The notes under the pieces are model-generated. The model worked only from the letters and a program-made list of their open reading frames with translations. It was not told where the DNA came from and searched no databases. Below, piece by piece: positions 8,838 to 18,815 of a DNA stretch of 64,000 nucleotides; the first letter of the stretch is position 1; the number at the start of each line of letters is the position of its first letter. Both the position numbers and the translations under genes were made by a program. Origin of the DNA: Acidobacteriota bacterium (GTDB taxonomy: Bacteria; Acidobacteriota; UBA890; WLXD01); the NCBI GenBank assembly GCA_963666055.2, contig CAXWPH010000003.1, positions 128,678 to 192,677 of the forward strand, written 5' to 3'.

Positions 8838-10351
8838 GGCGCAATCAGCTCTCTGAGGCGCTGGATGGGTACGCCCAGGTTGGATCCGCCGAACTCGGGC
8901 AACACCGCAGCGTTGAGAGCCACCACGGCTCCGTCGAGCGTCAGTACCGGGCCACCGGAGCCTCCGTGTGTTGTCTCGGCGTCGTAGACGATGGCTCCGG
9001 CAGTGATTTGGCCAATGCTGCCCACCGTGGCGAGCGGGGCCACATAACCACCGCGCGCCAGGTGTCCGGCAAGGTCCCAGAAGTCCACCGGGCCCTGGCC
9101 CAGGAGTCCCGAGACGAAGGTGGGATCAGCTCGGGCCAGAAGCGCCCGGATCCCGGTCGGGTAGCCCAGTACCAAGACCTCGTCGCCGATTTCCGGTACA
9201 GCCTCCGAGAGTCGGAGACCGGCGACGCGTTCGCCCAGGCCGGTGCTTCCTAGTATTGCCACGTCGGCCTGCGTATGGCCGGCCTGCACCGCCAGGTCGA
9301 ACGGCTCATCGACGCCCGGGAGGTAGCCGACGAGCCGTTGCATCGTCGGCGTGAAACCCTGCTCGATGAGGCGTTGCGCGGCGGCGTCGAACTCCCAGGG
9401 CATCGCGACGTGCCGATTCGTGGCGACGATATCGAGCTCGGCGAGCACGAACCCCGTGCCTGTGTAGCGGAGCTCCAGCGGTTCGCCCTGGCCATGCACC
9501 CCGAATACCGTCGGAGCGTTGCCGTTGGCCGCTCCTGCGGATCGCAAGACGCGCCCACTGCGCGGCTCCACGAACCCGTAGGATCCCTGTACGAAGACCA
9601 CGGCGGCCGATGCTGCCGAGATCACTCGTCCGCGCGCCGTAGCTCTGTTCTCGAGTGCTTCGATCCGGGCCAGGGTTTCGTTGATGCGAAAATCAAGCTG
9701 CGCTCGCACGTCGTTGAAGTCGTCGATCGTGAACGCGGCGCGCTCGGACGCCGCCAGCAGCTCGGTCAGCCCTTCGACGCGCTCTAGTTGGAGGCTGAGC
9801 TCGCGTTCCAGCCGGGCGTTGTGCGTCCAGAGCATGCCCAGTCCGGCGACGAGAGCAACGGATCCCAGCAAGAACGCCGCTCGAACAACCGGCCGCACCT
9901 GGGTGGCGAGCTCGCGGACCGGCCCCCAGATCAGGATGCCGATGCGGTCGAGCGTCCCGTGGCCACCGAGCTTGGCGCAGCTTTGGCAGTCGTCGAAGGC
10001 CTCGCGCACGCTCTTGTATGCGGCGCCGGCCACGCGTGGGCGGAAGCGCAAAAGCATGCCATGATCACCGATCTCGATGAGGTCGCCGGCGTGCAACGAT
10101 CGATTTCCGGCGCGCGCACCGTTCACCCACGCCTCGGTATCACCGTAGACGTCGAGATGCCAACCGTTGGTGTCGGCGACCAACGCGGCGATGGGCGGCT
10201 CGCCAACCCGCGGCTGCCCGTAGACGAGCTTGAGTCGGCCACCCTCTAGCGGTACGAGATGGGTGGTCCCGAAAACGCGTCGAGTACGGCCGCGCTCGGG
10301 TCCTGAGAGATGAACGAGCTGTGCCGCGGCGGCCGAAACGCTCTGTGTCAT
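8834..10351 (-). CDS. FHA-domain, membrane-anchored, coiled-coil trypsin-like serine protease
   Basis: N-terminal FHA-like WVNG...L.AGDLIEIG, TM helix, coiled coil, catalytic ATNRHV / DVAIL / GGSGGP. Confidence 0.8.
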   Translation of the reverse strand: MTQSVSAAAAQLVHLSGPERGRTRRVFGTTHLVPLEGGRLKLVYGQPRVGEPPIAALVADTNGWHLDVYGDTEAWVNGARAGNRSLHAGDLIEIGDHGMLLRFRPRVAGAAYKSVREAFDDCQSCAKLGGHGTLDRIGILIWGPVRELATQVRPVVRAAFLLGSVALVAGLGMLWTHNARLERELSLQLERVEGLTELLAASERAAFTIDDFNDVRAQLDFRINETLARIEALENRATARGRVISAASAAVVFVQGSYGFVEPRSGRVLRSAGAANGNAPTVFGVHGQGEPLELRYTGTGFVLAELDIVATNRHVAMPWEFDAAAQRLIEQGFTPTMQRLVGYLPGVDEPFDLAVQAGHTQADVAILGSTGLGERVAGLRLSEAVPEIGDEVLVLGYPTGIRALLARADPTFVSGLLGQGPVDFWDLAGHLARGGYVAPLATVGSIGQITAGAIVYDAETTHGGSGGPVLTLDGAVVALNAAVLPEFGGSNLGVPIQRLRELIAP

Positions 10352-10383
10352 CGTCGCCCGGCCTCCTGATAGCCAGAACCCTG

Positions 10384-10809
10384 CTAGAGCGTCAGATGAG
10401 GCTTCAGCGTCAGCCAGTCGTCGCTCGAATAGATGCTCGGCGCGACCTCGATCAGACGTGGGAGCATCTGGAACACTGAGGTCTGGTTCCATGTGCCGCC
10501 AGGGCGTGTCCGGAAGCCGGCCTCGTTCAGCTCTGCGGCGATCTGACCGAAACCCTTGTCGTCGACGATCATCTTGAGCATGTGGATCATCACCTTGATC
10601 TCGTCGACCGCAGGTTCGAGCGTCATGCAATCGGCCGCCACCCGTAAACCGTACGGCACGGCCTCGGTGGAGCTGTCTTCCTCTTCTCCTTCGACAGTTC
10701 GTTCCCACACGACCGCCAGGGCGCGCCAGCCCTCCTTTGCCTTGGATCGCAGCAGCTCCTCGGTCAGCGGTCCGTCGACGACCTCATGCTTGCGCTCGAT
10801 CTTTGCCAT
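10384..10809 (-). CDS. Small protein with a stand-alone serine-recombinase DNA-binding ('Recombinase') domain
   Basis: VPYG.R...E...I......IAAELNEAGFRTRPGGTW..TSV; no catalytic resolvase domain. Confidence 0.65.
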   Translation of the reverse strand: MAKIERKHEVVDGPLTEELLRSKAKEGWRALAVVWERTVEGEEEDSSTEAVPYGLRVAADCMTLEPAVDEIKVMIHMLKMIVDDKGFGQIAAELNEAGFRTRPGGTWNQTSVFQMLPRLIEVAPSIYSSDDWLTLKPHLTL

Positions 10810-10952
10810 GGTTTCCTCCGTGGCTTGTTTGGCGTCTGTTGCCGCCATGGCACAGATCACCCCACGGACGTCGTGGAGGGAAGCTTGGGGAATTATCAAA
10901 GCAGCGACGGTGAAATGGAAGGTGCCGTCCCGGAAGCGAACAACGGTGACGG

Positions 10953-12527
10953 CTAGGCGCCGTCGCTCTCCAACGGCCGGTGCTGCTGCCACCAGTCGCG
11001 CGCATGTGCCGGTAGCCAGCGAGCACCGACGCTGCACTTGGCCAGCTCGTCGGCGAGCTGCTCGGCGCTCTGGGGCCTGGTGGCTGGGTCCTTCTGAAGG
11101 CATTGCATGATCAACGCCTCGAGGTCGGCTGGCACGGCGATCTCGGTGCGGCGCGACAATGGCATCGGCGCGGCCTTGACGTGCGCGACCGCCATCGCCA
11201 GCGGGCGGTCGATGTCGAATACGGTGTGGCCGCTGAGCAGCCAGTAACCGACGCAGCCGAGCGCGTAGATGTCGGCACGCTCGTCGATCGAGGTGTCGGC
11301 AAGCACCTGCTCGGGCGCCATATACGCCGGCGTGCCGGCGAGGCCTTCCGTGCCCTCGAGACGCAGGTCGCGTGTCTTCTCGCTGCCGGCTCGCGTCACC
11401 AATCCAAAGTCGAGCACCTTCAGCACGTCGTAAGTGCGTCCGACCTTGCAGATGAACAGGTTCGACGGCTTCACGTCACGGTGCACCTGACCGAGCGCGT
11501 GCGCCTCGGCAAGCGAGTCGCACGCCTGGGTCATGAAGTGGATCGCACGCTCCGGCGATACGGGCCCGTAGCGTTCGACCAGAAGCTCGACATCGAGCCC
11601 CTTCAGTAGCTCCATGGCGTAGTAGAATTCGCCGCCTTCCGTGCGGCCGAAGTCGTAGACGCGAACCGTGTGCAACGACTCCAGGCGAGCCGTGGTCTGA
11701 GCCTCCTTCTCGAAGCGTTCCAATACCTTCGTGGCTGCGTCGCTGCCGAGAGGGCTGATCTTGTCAGGATGGATCACCTTGATCGCCGCGGGACGGGCCA
11801 GGAACCGGTGGCTGGCGCGCCAGATCTCCCCCATGCCGCCGGTCGCGATCCGCTCTTGCAGCTGATACTGACCCAGATCGCGCGCCGCCAGCGCGGCGCG
11901 GCGTAGCGAGTAGATGACCTGTGTGCCCGTCGCTCCCCCCAGGACCGACGCGACCAGCGCCAGGCCGAGATCGGTAATCGTCTCGAGGCTCAGAACCGAC
12001 TGGATCGTGGCTACCGTGCCGGGCTCACGGCTCAACATTACCGCCAGCATTGCCAAGGGGATCGAGGCCATGGGGATGGTCAAGGCGAGCGTCGATCTCC
12101 AGGTCTTGGGCAGCAGCATGCCGTGCACCACGATCAAGGCGCTTGTAGCGATAACCAGGTTGTAGAGCTGCGCCTGTACGAGCAGCTCGTTGCCGACGAG
12201 GGCGCGGTCACGTATCAGCAGGTAGGTGTGGGTGGCGATTCCGCCCATGGTGAGAAGAAAGACCGAGCCCTCGGCGACCAGAAGCCACCGCGGCCTGACT
12301 GAAGCCCGCGACCACAGCAGCGCGGTGACGGTGGCGAGAGCGCCAATAGTCGCCAGTTGCACGCCCACGTAAGCGTGCCCGGCGATCAACAGTCCCCGTG
12401 CTAGCCACAGTGCCAGTGCCGCGAGGATCAGCAGGGCGACAGTTCGCAGCCGCGTGCGCAGGAGGCTGGGAGCACGCGCAGACGCCGTTCCGGTGCCGGC
12501 CTGGACGAGGGTTACGCGCGTTTTCAT
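10953..12527 (-). CDS. Membrane Ser/Thr protein kinase (Hanks type)
   Basis: About five N-terminal TM segments; GGMGEI, AAIK, HRDVKPSN, DFGL, GTPAYMAPE, DIYALG. Confidence 0.95.
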   Translation of the reverse strand: MKTRVTLVQAGTGTASARAPSLLRTRLRTVALLILAALALWLARGLLIAGHAYVGVQLATIGALATVTALLWSRASVRPRWLLVAEGSVFLLTMGGIATHTYLLIRDRALVGNELLVQAQLYNLVIATSALIVVHGMLLPKTWRSTLALTIPMASIPLAMLAVMLSREPGTVATIQSVLSLETITDLGLALVASVLGGATGTQVIYSLRRAALAARDLGQYQLQERIATGGMGEIWRASHRFLARPAAIKVIHPDKISPLGSDAATKVLERFEKEAQTTARLESLHTVRVYDFGRTEGGEFYYAMELLKGLDVELLVERYGPVSPERAIHFMTQACDSLAEAHALGQVHRDVKPSNLFICKVGRTYDVLKVLDFGLVTRAGSEKTRDLRLEGTEGLAGTPAYMAPEQVLADTSIDERADIYALGCVGYWLLSGHTVFDIDRPLAMAVAHVKAAPMPLSRRTEIAVPADLEALIMQCLQKDPATRPQSAEQLADELAKCSVGARWLPAHARDWWQQHRPLESDGA

Positions 12528-12733
12528 CTTCCGTTCATCCAGTCGCGCCGGACGTTCCGTCCCATGCCCGCAAGAGTATCTGCGAGTCGCCGACGCGCAT
12601 AGGGTCGGGCAGGTTGCTGGCGGCCTGCAGGCGGGCACATGGGTGTCATCCCGTTTTCCCGACACGCTGCTGCCACCTCGGCTACCCTACGTGCTCTCGA
12701 CGGTCAGACGCAGCGAGGGGGGTGGCGATCGTA

Positions 12734-14101
12734 GTGAGCAAGCCCGATCCAGCCAGCCAAGGGCTGGTGCGCAATCTCGGTGTGGTGGCGGCCGGTGCCT
12801 TTGTGGTGACCAACATGGTGGGCACCGGGATCTTTACGTTGCCGGCGATCGTTCGAGTCGCGGCAGGGAGTGCGTCGGCGGCGTTGGCTGTGTGGGCCGC
12901 AGCGGGGCTGCTGGGCCTCTGTGGCGCGCTGTGCTACGCGGAGCTGGCAACCCGCATGCCGGGCGCCGGCGGAGAGTATCGCTACCTGACGCGAGTCTTC
13001 GGTCCGCTGTGGGGCTTCCTCAGCGGATGGACCTCCTTCATCGTCGGGTTCTCGGCCGCTGTGGCCGCGTCGGCGCTCGGAATGACTGCCTATATGGCCG
13101 CGTTGATTCCGGGTTGGGAGACTGACGCTCCCTTGATCGCCGGCCTGGCCGTGACCCAGGGCGCTGCGGCTGCTGCGATCATCGTGCTCGTGTTGACGCT
13201 CGTGCACAGTGTGGGCGTACGTTCGAGTGGTCGGTTCCAGGCAATCCTGGCGTCGATGGTGGTCGCTGCTATTGTGCTCTTCGTGCTGGTGGGCTCCGCT
13301 AGTGGTCGGGGGGACTGGGGCGGCCTGCGTGCCGCTGGAGTTGCTCAGGGTAGTTGGTGGGCAGCGCTATTGCCGGTCAGCTACGCCTACGCGGGATGGA
13401 ACGCTGCCGCATACATGGCCGGCGAAGTGCGGCGGCCGGGGCGAAACCTGCCCCGGGCGATCATCGGTGGAGCGCTTGCCGTAACGGCCCTGTACCTGGC
13501 GGTCAACGCGCTCTTCTTCTACGCCATTCCCGAGGCCGACTGGGAACCGGTGATCGCCGTTGGTCAGCTGGCCGCATCGCGCCTGCTGGGTGATACCGGA
13601 GCGCTCATGGTCAGCGCCATCATCGCCGTGGCGATGTTCGGCTCGGTCAGCGCCATGACCGCGGTCGGACCACGCATTTACTTCGCGATGGCGCGCGATG
13701 GCCTGGCCCCGCAACCCCTGGGTCGATTGTCGACCTCGGGACGGGTCCCGGTAGTGGCCATTGTGGCGCAAGGTGTGCTGGCGGCGTTGCTGGCGCTGAC
13801 CGGAGCGTTCGAGGCCCTCTTGATCTATATCGGGTCGTCGTTGCTGCTGTTCAATGCCTTGACCATCTCGACGTTGTTCGTGATTCGCCATCGGGGCGAA
13901 GTGGCCCCACCGGGAGCTTTCGTTACTCCAGGGCACCCGGTTCCGGGGCTCATCTTTATTGCGATGACTATTGCCGCATGGGGACAGGGTCTGATCTCGA
14001 CGCCCATTCCCACGACTGCCGCCCTGGCCACGCTCTTTGCCGGCGGCCTCGTGTACGCGCTTGCCCGCCGCAAGGGGTGGCTTGCGGACGCGACCACCTG
14101 A
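12734..14101 (+). CDS. APC-family amino acid permease
   Basis: MVGTGIF, YAELATRMPGAGGEY, YAYAGW..A...AGEV..P.RNLP; many TM segments. Confidence 0.93.
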   Translation: MSKPDPASQGLVRNLGVVAAGAFVVTNMVGTGIFTLPAIVRVAAGSASAALAVWAAAGLLGLCGALCYAELATRMPGAGGEYRYLTRVFGPLWGFLSGWTSFIVGFSAAVAASALGMTAYMAALIPGWETDAPLIAGLAVTQGAAAAAIIVLVLTLVHSVGVRSSGRFQAILASMVVAAIVLFVLVGSASGRGDWGGLRAAGVAQGSWWAALLPVSYAYAGWNAAAYMAGEVRRPGRNLPRAIIGGALAVTALYLAVNALFFYAIPEADWEPVIAVGQLAASRLLGDTGALMVSAIIAVAMFGSVSAMTAVGPRIYFAMARDGLAPQPLGRLSTSGRVPVVAIVAQGVLAALLALTGAFEALLIYIGSSLLLFNALTISTLFVIRHRGEVAPPGAFVTPGHPVPGLIFIAMTIAAWGQGLISTPIPTTAALATLFAGGLVYALARRKGWLADATT

Positions 14102-14105
14102 TTCG

Positions 14106-15077
14106 CTATTCGAGCAGCTTGGTCTCAGGGTTGCTCAGGCTCCACGTATACCAGAACGTATCGAAACCGCCGAGTCGCGTGATCTCGCCGTCGAACTCCA
14201 TGCGCTGCGGATCGAAGCTCTCGCCGGTCACGTGGCGCCAAACACCATCGTCGTTGACGAAACCGTCGCCGGAAAAAGCTGCAGTGGAGGCGAACAGTGC
14301 CGCGTCGGGCTGCCGAAACAGGAAGAGTGCCCGCCCGCTCGACAGCGCGAACGCCGCGCCTCCTTTGATGCGATCGTGGGTAACGGCGTAGCGTCCCCCA
14401 TCGGCTTCGAACGCGTAAATCGGCGTCTTGGTGTCGAGGCGTGGGTCGTCGGCGAGTTGGCCCCCGAATCCGTCCTCACGCGCCCAGTAGTCGGTGTATA
14501 CGTCGCGTGTGTACTGCTGTCCTTGAATCGACAGGACGAGCGTGTCGGGGTGCTGTTGCCTCCAGTCCTGCCAACTGACCTTGGAGCCGGTGGGCAACTC
14601 TACGAGCTTGGTGCCGAGGTAGGCGCCGCCTACGGACTCACCGCGCATGATTGCCCAGTACGAGTCGGTTTGCTTGTCCTGCATGACCAGCGAGCTGTTC
14701 ATGAGACCACCAGACGCTTCGAACTGCAGCTCCTCGCCACCGTACTCTCGGCTGTACACGACAGCCGTATTCGCCAGCGGTCACCAGACCGCCGCATAGG
14801 CGGTATCGCCGATCTTGTCGTTGACGATCTCGTAGGCGTTGAGCAAGTTGATACTGAACGCGCGCGCCTGCCCTTCGATGACGATCCCCAGCATCCAGGC
14901 TTCGTCCGGGACATCCGCAGCGCCGGCTTCGACCCATTCCGGCTGATCGATCGACGGGATCTGGCCACGTGGCAAAACCTGCTTGAACCCGGGTGGTTGC
15001 TGCGTTGCGCATGCGGCCAGCGTCATCACCGGGGCCACCAAGATCCGTGCGAGCTTTCGGGAGGAATCGGTTTCCAT
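14106..15077 (-). CDS. DUF3179 family lipoprotein, probable selenoprotein (UGA at 14783-14781)
   Basis: Lipobox LAAC; IPSIDQP, EIVND, then in-frame W-UGA-P-L-A at the family's CPL Cys position; SGGL.NS.LVM.D.QT.S.W downstream; SECIS-like hairpin. Confidence 0.85.
14749..14767 (-). promoter_or_regulatory. Putative bacterial SECIS hairpin (DUF3179 gene)
   Basis: CGGCTGT-CGTGT-ACAGCCG, perfect 7-bp stem starting 13 nt after UGA. Confidence 0.7.
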
Positions 15078-15085
15078 GTGCACCC

Positions 15086-15258
15086 CTAGCAGGCTGTTGT
15101 GGAAGGGTTTCGTAACCCTTCGGGCGACAGGGGGTGGCACGCGTATGCTGCGTCGTTCGTCGTCAACGATGGGGCGGCCATCGCTCCTCCCTTCTTCTTG
15201 CTTTGGCCTCGCAAGACCCTGTGGCCAGGCCCGCCACACTTCCACCACCGTCTGCCAG
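15086..15258 (-). mobile_element. MITE family 1, short copy
   Basis: Reverse complement of the 8284 element's left ~150 bp; ends CTAGCAGGCTGTTGTGGAAG and CTTCCACCACCGTCTGCCAG. Confidence 0.8.
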
Positions 15259-15376
15259 TGTCGTGACTCAAGACACTAGATTCTCCTACCCACGGTACGG
15301 CGGGCCAAGGATCGACGCGGGTGCAGAAGCAGGGCAGTGTGGCGTGCCTTACAAAGGCTTGCCCGACAAGGTGTCT

Positions 15377-17554
15377 TCAGGCGGCGGCGCTGTCGCGCGC
15401 CGTGACGATGCTCAGCGCGTCGTTCAAGGTGGCGAGGCCAGCGGTGCGATCGACGCACGAGACGCCAAAGCTCTGCTGTAGCTCGATCATGCCGGGGGTC
15501 ATGCCACCATTGGTGTAGAGCAAGACTCGCCCGGCCATGTCGGCATCCTTGTCTCGTATGGCGGTGAGGAATTCGGGTAGGTCGCCGGCGCCGACCGCCG
15601 CGTCGATCACCAGCCCACGATAAGCGCGCTGGGTTCCGAGCATGACCTCGGCTTCATCGAGACTGGCCACGACATCGACGTGCAGGCCGGCTCCCTGCAA
15701 GGCGCGTAGCATCACGTCGCGAACCAGGTCGTTGGCCTCGACCAACAAGACGCGCTGGCCGCCCGCCGCGGCCGTTGCTTCATCAGCGGCGGCCAGCTCT
15801 GTTTGCATTCGCGGGGTTATCGACGAAGCCGGGAGGATCAGGCAGAAACGACTGCCCAAGCCCTCTTGGCTCTCGGCAGTGAGCATACCGCCGTGACGCT
15901 GTGCGACCGATCGAGCGGTCGATAGTCCGAGTCCTGTTCCGCCTCTCCCCTTGGTGGTGAACAGCGGGTCGAAGATGCGCTCCAGGGTCTCCTCGGACAT
16001 TCCGGTGCCGGTGTCCTCGACGCTGAAGACCACCTTGTCGGCGACTTCCTTGAGACCCAGCGTCATGGTGCCACCCTTCGGCATGGCGTCGACGGCATTG
16101 ATGATCAGGTTCAGCAGTGTCTCACGCAGCTCGGGCGGGTTCCCCTCGACGGCGCGAGTCTGCTCCATGTTGAGCTGTAGCTTGAGCCCACGTGTGGCCT
16201 CATGCCGTGCCCAGAGTGGGCGAGCATACTTCCAAGCCTCTTCGAGCACGCCGCGGGCGTCGACCGCCACGGTGCCGGTTTCTCGTACGTTCTCACCGTC
16301 TAGATGGGTCCACGCCGCGAGGCGCTCGACGATCGTCAGACCCTCCTTGACACACACCTCGATAGTATCAAACCGCGCCATGGAATCGTCATCGAAGGGA
16401 CCATCGGCACCGCCGCTGGACTCGGCATGGCGAGTGGCTTGCTTGCGTATCGATTCGGCGGCGAGCAGCACCTTCGACAGGATGTCGTTGAAGCTGTGAG
16501 ACACACTGATGGCAATCTGCGACACCATCTCCATCTTCTCGGAGCGCTCCATCGCCTCGCGCAGCTTCGCCTGCCGGAAAATGGCGCCAATTGCCTCGGC
16601 TACGTGTTGCGTCGTTTTGACGAGGCTGGGGCTGAAGGTGCCCGCGCGCGCCACCCGCAGCACCACGTGGCCGATCGTCGGATCCTCCAGGTTGACCGGA
16701 CACAGAAGCAAAGCGTTGAACGGCAGATCGGCAACCAATTCACGTACAGATTCGGTCAGCGGATCGGTGCGAATATCGTCGATGACGATCGTCTCATGGG
16801 CCTCCACCGCCTTCTTTAGCTCGGGATAGCGCCCGGTCGACAGCTGCAGCTCCAGTACCTTCTCGTCGTCGCTCGAGGAGATCACCTGCATGCTGTTGTC
16901 GCCTAGCTGCACCAGCGATGCGCGGACGTTTCCGGGATAAAGATTCTGAATGTCGACGAGGACGTGGCGGATCACATCGGTTGCTTTGAAGTCGTCCGAG
17001 AACGCGGCGCGGATCTTGCCCACCCAGCGGAGCAGCTGGCTCTGCAGGAACGTCTCACGCATTCCTGCGCGGCTCGCCTCGATCAGTCCGCCGTAGCCGA
17101 CGCCAATGCTGAACAGGAAACCGAGCCGTCCGATGACGGCCGGCGTTTGTAGCAGCACCATGCCGTGCTCGAGGCCCAGGATCGTGCCGTACCCGGCTAC
17201 GGCAAGGGTCGTGCCAGCCAGCGCCCACCGTAGGCTGCCCGCCATTCCGACGATCGCCAGGATGACGAAATATGCGAAGAAGAAGTCGCGCGCGAACCCC
17301 GGCCCCGAGACTATCGCTCCCAGCAGAACGCTTATGTCCACCGCTGCGACGACCGGCAGCAGCGCCGGTTGTTCCCAGGTAGCCAGGCGCAGCCGCGATA
17401 GCGCGACATTCGACAGAGCCACTACGCCCAGAAGCCCCGCCCGAAGGGCGACGGTGCCTCCTCCGCTCGCCCACACGAGGTACGCGAGGGCGATGAACAT
17501 CACCCAACGCAACAGCATGACGATACGGCGACGGTCCTGGAGAGTGGAATCCAT
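15377..17554 (-). CDS. Hybrid sensor histidine kinase (TM, GAF, HisKA, HATPase, receiver-like)
   Basis: SHSFND H-box, NLIINAVDAM, DTGTGM, FDPLFTTK, GTGLGL, C-terminal RVLLVE receiver-like domain. Confidence 0.92.
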   Translation of the reverse strand: MDSTLQDRRRIVMLLRWVMFIALAYLVWASGGGTVALRAGLLGVVALSNVALSRLRLATWEQPALLPVVAAVDISVLLGAIVSGPGFARDFFFAYFVILAIVGMAGSLRWALAGTTLAVAGYGTILGLEHGMVLLQTPAVIGRLGFLFSIGVGYGGLIEASRAGMRETFLQSQLLRWVGKIRAAFSDDFKATDVIRHVLVDIQNLYPGNVRASLVQLGDNSMQVISSSDDEKVLELQLSTGRYPELKKAVEAHETIVIDDIRTDPLTESVRELVADLPFNALLLCPVNLEDPTIGHVVLRVARAGTFSPSLVKTTQHVAEAIGAIFRQAKLREAMERSEKMEMVSQIAISVSHSFNDILSKVLLAAESIRKQATRHAESSGGADGPFDDDSMARFDTIEVCVKEGLTIVERLAAWTHLDGENVRETGTVAVDARGVLEEAWKYARPLWARHEATRGLKLQLNMEQTRAVEGNPPELRETLLNLIINAVDAMPKGGTMTLGLKEVADKVVFSVEDTGTGMSEETLERIFDPLFTTKGRGGTGLGLSTARSVAQRHGGMLTAESQEGLGSRFCLILPASSITPRMQTELAAADEATAAAGGQRVLLVEANDLVRDVMLRALQGAGLHVDVVASLDEAEVMLGTQRAYRGLVIDAAVGAGDLPEFLTAIRDKDADMAGRVLLYTNGGMTPGMIELQQSFGVSCVDRTAGLATLNDALSIVTARDSAAA

Positions 17555-17588
17555 TGTGGCGTGTTCCTCAATAGCCAAGGATAGAAAA

Positions 17589-17628
17589 AGTATATAAACG
17601 GCTATTTACAGACCGAAGAACAAAAAAA
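17589..17628 (-). promoter_or_regulatory. Sigma70-like promoter for the histidine kinase
   Basis: Minus strand TTCGGT-17 nt-TATACT with an upstream T-tract, in an AT-rich gap. Confidence 0.5.
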
Positions 17629-17697
17629 CACACCCTCGAAGTAACCAAAGGACATGATTGACTGGTTTTGGCCAGTTCCAATCGGAGCGAGAACGCT

Positions 17698-18777
17698 CTA
17701 CAACTGAACCCCGAGCCCGGGCCCCAGCCCCGGGGTAATCATGCCTTCGCGCACGTTGACCGCTGACGCAGTGGGATCGTCAAGCAGGTCGAGGTGGCCA
17801 TCAAGATCGATCCAGCGGATGGTCTTGGCGGCGAGCGCGAAGTGCAGAGCGGCCGCGATACCGAGCGCGGCTTCGTCCATACAGCTCAACATGCAGGGGA
17901 GTCCAGCGGTCGCCGCTACCTGATCGATCGCCCGCGCCGCGCTGATACCGCCGGCCTTCATGAGCTTCACCGTGAAGCCGTCAACCACGCCGCCGGCGAC
18001 CAACTCGAGAGCGTCGGCAACACTAAGCAGGCTTTCGTCGGCCAGCACGGGAGGGATGCCTGGCTGCTCCCTTCGCAGGATGCCCAAGCTGGCGGTGAGC
18101 TCGGCTAGGCCCTGGCTGTCGTTTGCCGGCGTAGGCTGCTCGAAGGCAACCACGCTGGCGTCGGCCACTCCGCGGGCAAAACGTATCGCCTCGTCGACGT
18201 CGTAGCCTTGGTTGGCGTCGAAACGCAGGTCGACGCCCGGTCCCAGCTCCTGGCGGAGTCCGCAGACCCGCGCGATGTCGGCGTCCACATCCGTGCCGCC
18301 CTTGACCTTCAGTGCTCGGAACCCCTGCGCAATCTGATCACGCCCACGCTTCAGCGTCGCCTCGAGCGATTCGATGCCGAGCGTTACGGACGTGATCAGG
18401 CTGCCAGGGGCTCCTCCGAGCATGACGCAGAGAGGCACGTTGGAGGCGCGAGCTCGGAGGTCCAGGAGGGCCATGTCCACAGCCGCTGCCGCTGCCGGTG
18501 CACCGGTCGCCGCGGGCCCGAGGTCAGGCCCGCGCCCCAACCTCGGGTGGACACCGATCGCCTCGGCCGACAGCGTCTCCAGGGCTTCTTGGCAATCCGT
18601 GATCGATTCGCCGGTTACTTCCGGCGCCGGTGCGGCGCAGCCGTAGCCGCGTAGCCCGGTGTCGGTCTCCAGTCGAACGAAGAGGTTGGTGGCGCTGTCA
18701 TACGTCTCGTAGGCGATCGTGTAGGGCTCGCGCAGCTTGAAATCGATTCGCCAGGTCTCCGAGTTGATGATGCGCAT
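17698..18777 (-). CDS. Dipeptide epimerase (L-Ala-D/L-Glu epimerase, enolase superfamily)
   Basis: KVK, DANQG, EQP, DES, KLMKAGG and DLD motifs. Confidence 0.9.
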   Translation of the reverse strand: MRIINSETWRIDFKLREPYTIAYETYDSATNLFVRLETDTGLRGYGCAAPAPEVTGESITDCQEALETLSAEAIGVHPRLGRGPDLGPAATGAPAAAAAVDMALLDLRARASNVPLCVMLGGAPGSLITSVTLGIESLEATLKRGRDQIAQGFRALKVKGGTDVDADIARVCGLRQELGPGVDLRFDANQGYDVDEAIRFARGVADASVVAFEQPTPANDSQGLAELTASLGILRREQPGIPPVLADESLLSVADALELVAGGVVDGFTVKLMKAGGISAARAIDQVAATAGLPCMLSCMDEAALGIAAALHFALAAKTIRWIDLDGHLDLLDDPTASAVNVREGMITPGLGPGLGVQL

Positions 18778-18815
18778 GGGGCAGATCATAGTCCGAGGCG
18801 AGTAGTCTTGGTTCC

